Origin: Octopus bimaculoides
Lineage: Eukaryota
Direction of reading: 5' to 3'
DNA: 64,000 nucleotides
Assembly: GCF_001194135.2 (NCBI RefSeq)
Contig: NC_068993.1
Span: 55,825,335 to 55,889,334, forward strand
The notes under the pieces are model-generated. The model was not told the DNA's origin. It did no database searches and saw nothing but the letters and a program-made list of their open reading frames with translations. Positions 26,736 to 64,000 of this stretch are shown piece after piece. Each line of letters begins with the position of its first letter. Position 1 is the stretch's first letter. Made by a program: the position numbers and the translations under genes.

Positions 26736-27704
26736 TTTAATAAACTGAATAGACTGTTGTTAGTGCTTGTTGTATATCAAGACCCTTAACGTATATCAGA
26801 TACAATTTACTGCAAGCAGTATATCAAGCACTCTGTTGCAACTGTGTTATGTAACATACGTGCTATTATATTATTATAGTATGTCAGTTGTTTTACTGAT
26901 GTCCAAAGATAATGTGAATGTAGGTTACTAGTTGAGTATCAGGTTAGACCTGGTCCAGTACACTTCTGTTCAAAAGTGTTCCAGCTGTAACACATTATCC
27001 AATGTAACTTTTATTGCTTTTTTTTTTTAAGCTGGAGGGGTGTGATTTGAAAGAGATTTGCCTGCTATCTCTAGCAGCTTGATTAACTGCACAGAGGCTC
27101 TATCATTGGCTGATATTTGGCTAGAAGTTCTTAGTTGAAAATATCTGATTGGTTTTGTTCTGAATCTCATTGATTTTAGGACTGGTGCTTATTTACAGTT
27201 TCTGTGATATAAAGTGGATCTGAGAGAGATCTTTTTTTGGATAAGATGCTGCTTTGTCACTGACAAGATTCTTCGTTGAAGGAAGAATTGAACTTGTTGT
27301 TGCAAACAGCTGAATTGCTCATCAATTTTATAGTGTTGTTGCAAGCTGCAGTGATGAATTGTATCACTTTGTGGTACCTATTTAGGGTACGGTAAAGGAT
27401 ATCATGGCACCTATTTAGAACTAGGTGAACTGTTGTACTTCTTTAGAATTGTTTTAGAACCACAATGTTCTATAAAACAAAGAACTGGGTGAATTCAACC
27501 AGTGAAGAGAATATGAAATTCTAAGCTTTTTACTGTTTGTTAGGTACACTGTCAAAAATGTCTTTTACAACAATATCTGCTTTATTATCTATGAATTTCT
27601 TGTACATTTACACATCACAGCTTTGTTAGTTTTTCATATCAATTTCTGGTTTGTACTTACCCATTTCCATGCCACAATTTCAGTTCTGTGGCTTCACACC
27701 ATAT

Positions 27705-27935
27705 CTAATTTCTTAGCATTCAGATTACTCTGTCCAATGTCATACTGATTTATCTACATTGTTTTGAATTGATCACTCATTAATCTCATAGCTTTGAGAT
27801 TTCGATGTTGCGATTGTTTATTTTTTAGAGTGACATTATAAAGTAAGTGTGAGAGGCTGGTTCTAATCAGTTTGAACACAAAAACAGGTAGAGTATTTGG
27901 GCCTGATATCGCCAGTTAAAATGCTAAAGGGTTAA
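27705..27935. mobile_element. piggyBac-like MITE (TTAA/CCC-type ends), left end decayed
   Basis: Right end AATGCTAAAGGG-TTAA. Left end CTAA-TTTCTTAGCATT is the decayed reverse complement. Ends 163 bp upstream of the 28099 exon. Confidence 0.55.
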
Positions 27936-28003
27936 AACCTACATGTATAGGGATTTTCTTATCAAATTCCCTCTCTGTTACCAAATTGTATCTAAGTTGT
28001 TAA

Positions 28004-62539
<34,536 letters not shown>

Positions 62540-63560
62540 TTTACTTCGAACTGACATTCTCATGTCAGGGCTCCCCTCTAGCAAAAGGATGAGAAGGGAT
62601 TAATGCAAATGGAAATTTTTGACAAAAGAAAAAAAACAAAAAAAAAAACATGTATCTAGGGGAGGTTTGGTTACAACTTGCTATTCAAGATGTTTTGCTG
62701 TATAATCTATTAGATTTATATCTTCCACCTTCTGACCCTTCAGACCTCTCCTGCTTCTAAATGTTGTTCTTGCAACAGTCTGTCCAGCTTTGATTTTCTT
62801 ATTTAATCTTTCACCCTTTGATCTTTGCAACAGTTGTCATGGTGATCTAGTCTGATTCTCATCTGTTTTACTGTTTCCTTGAGTGCATCCCTCCCCCCTC
62901 TCTCTCTTTAGTGTTGATACTGACCACCAGTCAGCTAAAACTGCCCTGTGTGTACCTCTTTAGTCTTGAAACTGTCCACACGTGTACTCCTAGTCTTGAA
63001 ACTGTTCACACGTGTACCCTAGTCTTGAAACTGTCCACATGTACTTTTAAACTCAGCACCTCTGCCAGAGGGGGGGGGGGGGAAATAAAAACAACTTTTC
63101 AAATATCTGCTATGACCCCTCCCCCCAAACTTTTAAGAATCAGATTGTGTTCTTCAGTTATTACTTGAAAAACATTCTGTCAATTATTGTCTGTAACCCC
63201 ACCTCCTCTAATTCCTTTCGGTAAAGCATAAGCACTTGAACTTCCATATTTCTCTTATAAATAAGTTTGGCTTCAATGGCATCTATGGTTGTTCTATTCT
63301 TGTTACATTTGATAAATATAATGCAACTCTTAAAAAAAAACATTTTATTCAGAAGAAAAGATTATTCCATCCCCTGTCACAGACTCTAGAAGAATCAACC
63401 GAATGTTGTGTCATTATTCTAAGTCACACAGGATCAAATCATGTCCATAATTTTAAATATATCCTCAAAATTTATTGAACAAACTATTACATTAAAAACA
63501 AAGGCAAACTTTTAAATATAGATGTTTTAGTACCAAATATAATTTAGTTGTATAATGTCT
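62540..63560 (+). other. Probable mib1 3' UTR; end uncertain
   Basis: Follows the stop codon. Candidate polyA signals are AATAAA 63084-63089 and ATTAAA 63491-63496, the latter followed by U/GU-rich sequence. No transcript evidence. Confidence 0.45.
62961..63045. repeat. About 30-bp tandem repeat x3 in the putative mib1 3' UTR
   Basis: TAGTCTTGAAACTGT(C/T)CACA(CG)TGTAC at 62961, 62991 and 63020. Confidence 0.9.
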
Positions 63561-64000
63561 TCTACTTGTATTTCCTGGAGTAGAAACATACAACTAATAA
63601 GCCTTGTCTTTTTTCTGAAAAATCGTAGCTTAGATGTTTCAGGTTATTTTGGTTAATTATGTTAGAGACAGGCTTGTGAAGAGCTCTCTACTTTTCATTT
63701 TCTGTTTCACTTCATTTGACGTTAATAATACCTGTAAGAAAAGCATGAATCTCACACAATATCATTTGTCGTGTTGAAAGATAAGAATTTATCTTGGCAA
63801 TCTATAATTATGGAAATGCGTGAGAGAGAGAACTATTACTGTTTCTCTCCTTAACAAATACTCACATTATTATACTTGAAAGATGGTAATCTATAATGAA
63901 ATATAGATCCTGTAATTCTACATACAATCTTCTGTAACCCTCCACACCCATTACACTGGACGGATCCAAAGAAATATATATATATATATAAAACCTACTT

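Overview
AT-rich, microsatellite- and repeat-laden animal genomic DNA from a draft scaffold with 7 N-gaps. The repeat families look octopus/cephalopod; this is my recognition, not a database result. The only supportable protein-coding gene is the 3' part of a + strand mind bomb 1 (mib1) Notch-pathway E3 ubiquitin ligase. It has nine GT-AG exons from 28099 to the stop at 62539 (1135 coding nt, frame continuous), encoding the last ankyrin repeats, RING1, RING2, a coiled coil and RING3. I found no upstream mib1 exon in 1-28098. The rest is intronic or intergenic: tRNA-type SINEs, RTE, CR1/L2 and Penelope retroelement relics, a dead DD37D Tc1/mariner, MITEs, minisatellites and microsatellites. Apart from mib1 exon segments and retroelement relics, the ORF track appears to be microsatellite or gap artefact. 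The most unusual items are: (1) two different TTAGGG-carrying MITEs with exact 9-bp target-site duplications inside a CpG-retaining island at about 10.85-13.1 kb that looks promoter-like; (2) inverted repeat pairs bracketing two individual mib1 exons; (3) an RTE relic with twin-priming geometry; (4) a Gly-to-Val change in the RING1 C-G-H motif. I see no prokaryote-type system (CRISPR, operon) and no clear novel multi-gene system. Repeat boundaries are approximate unless a TSD or TIR is quoted.
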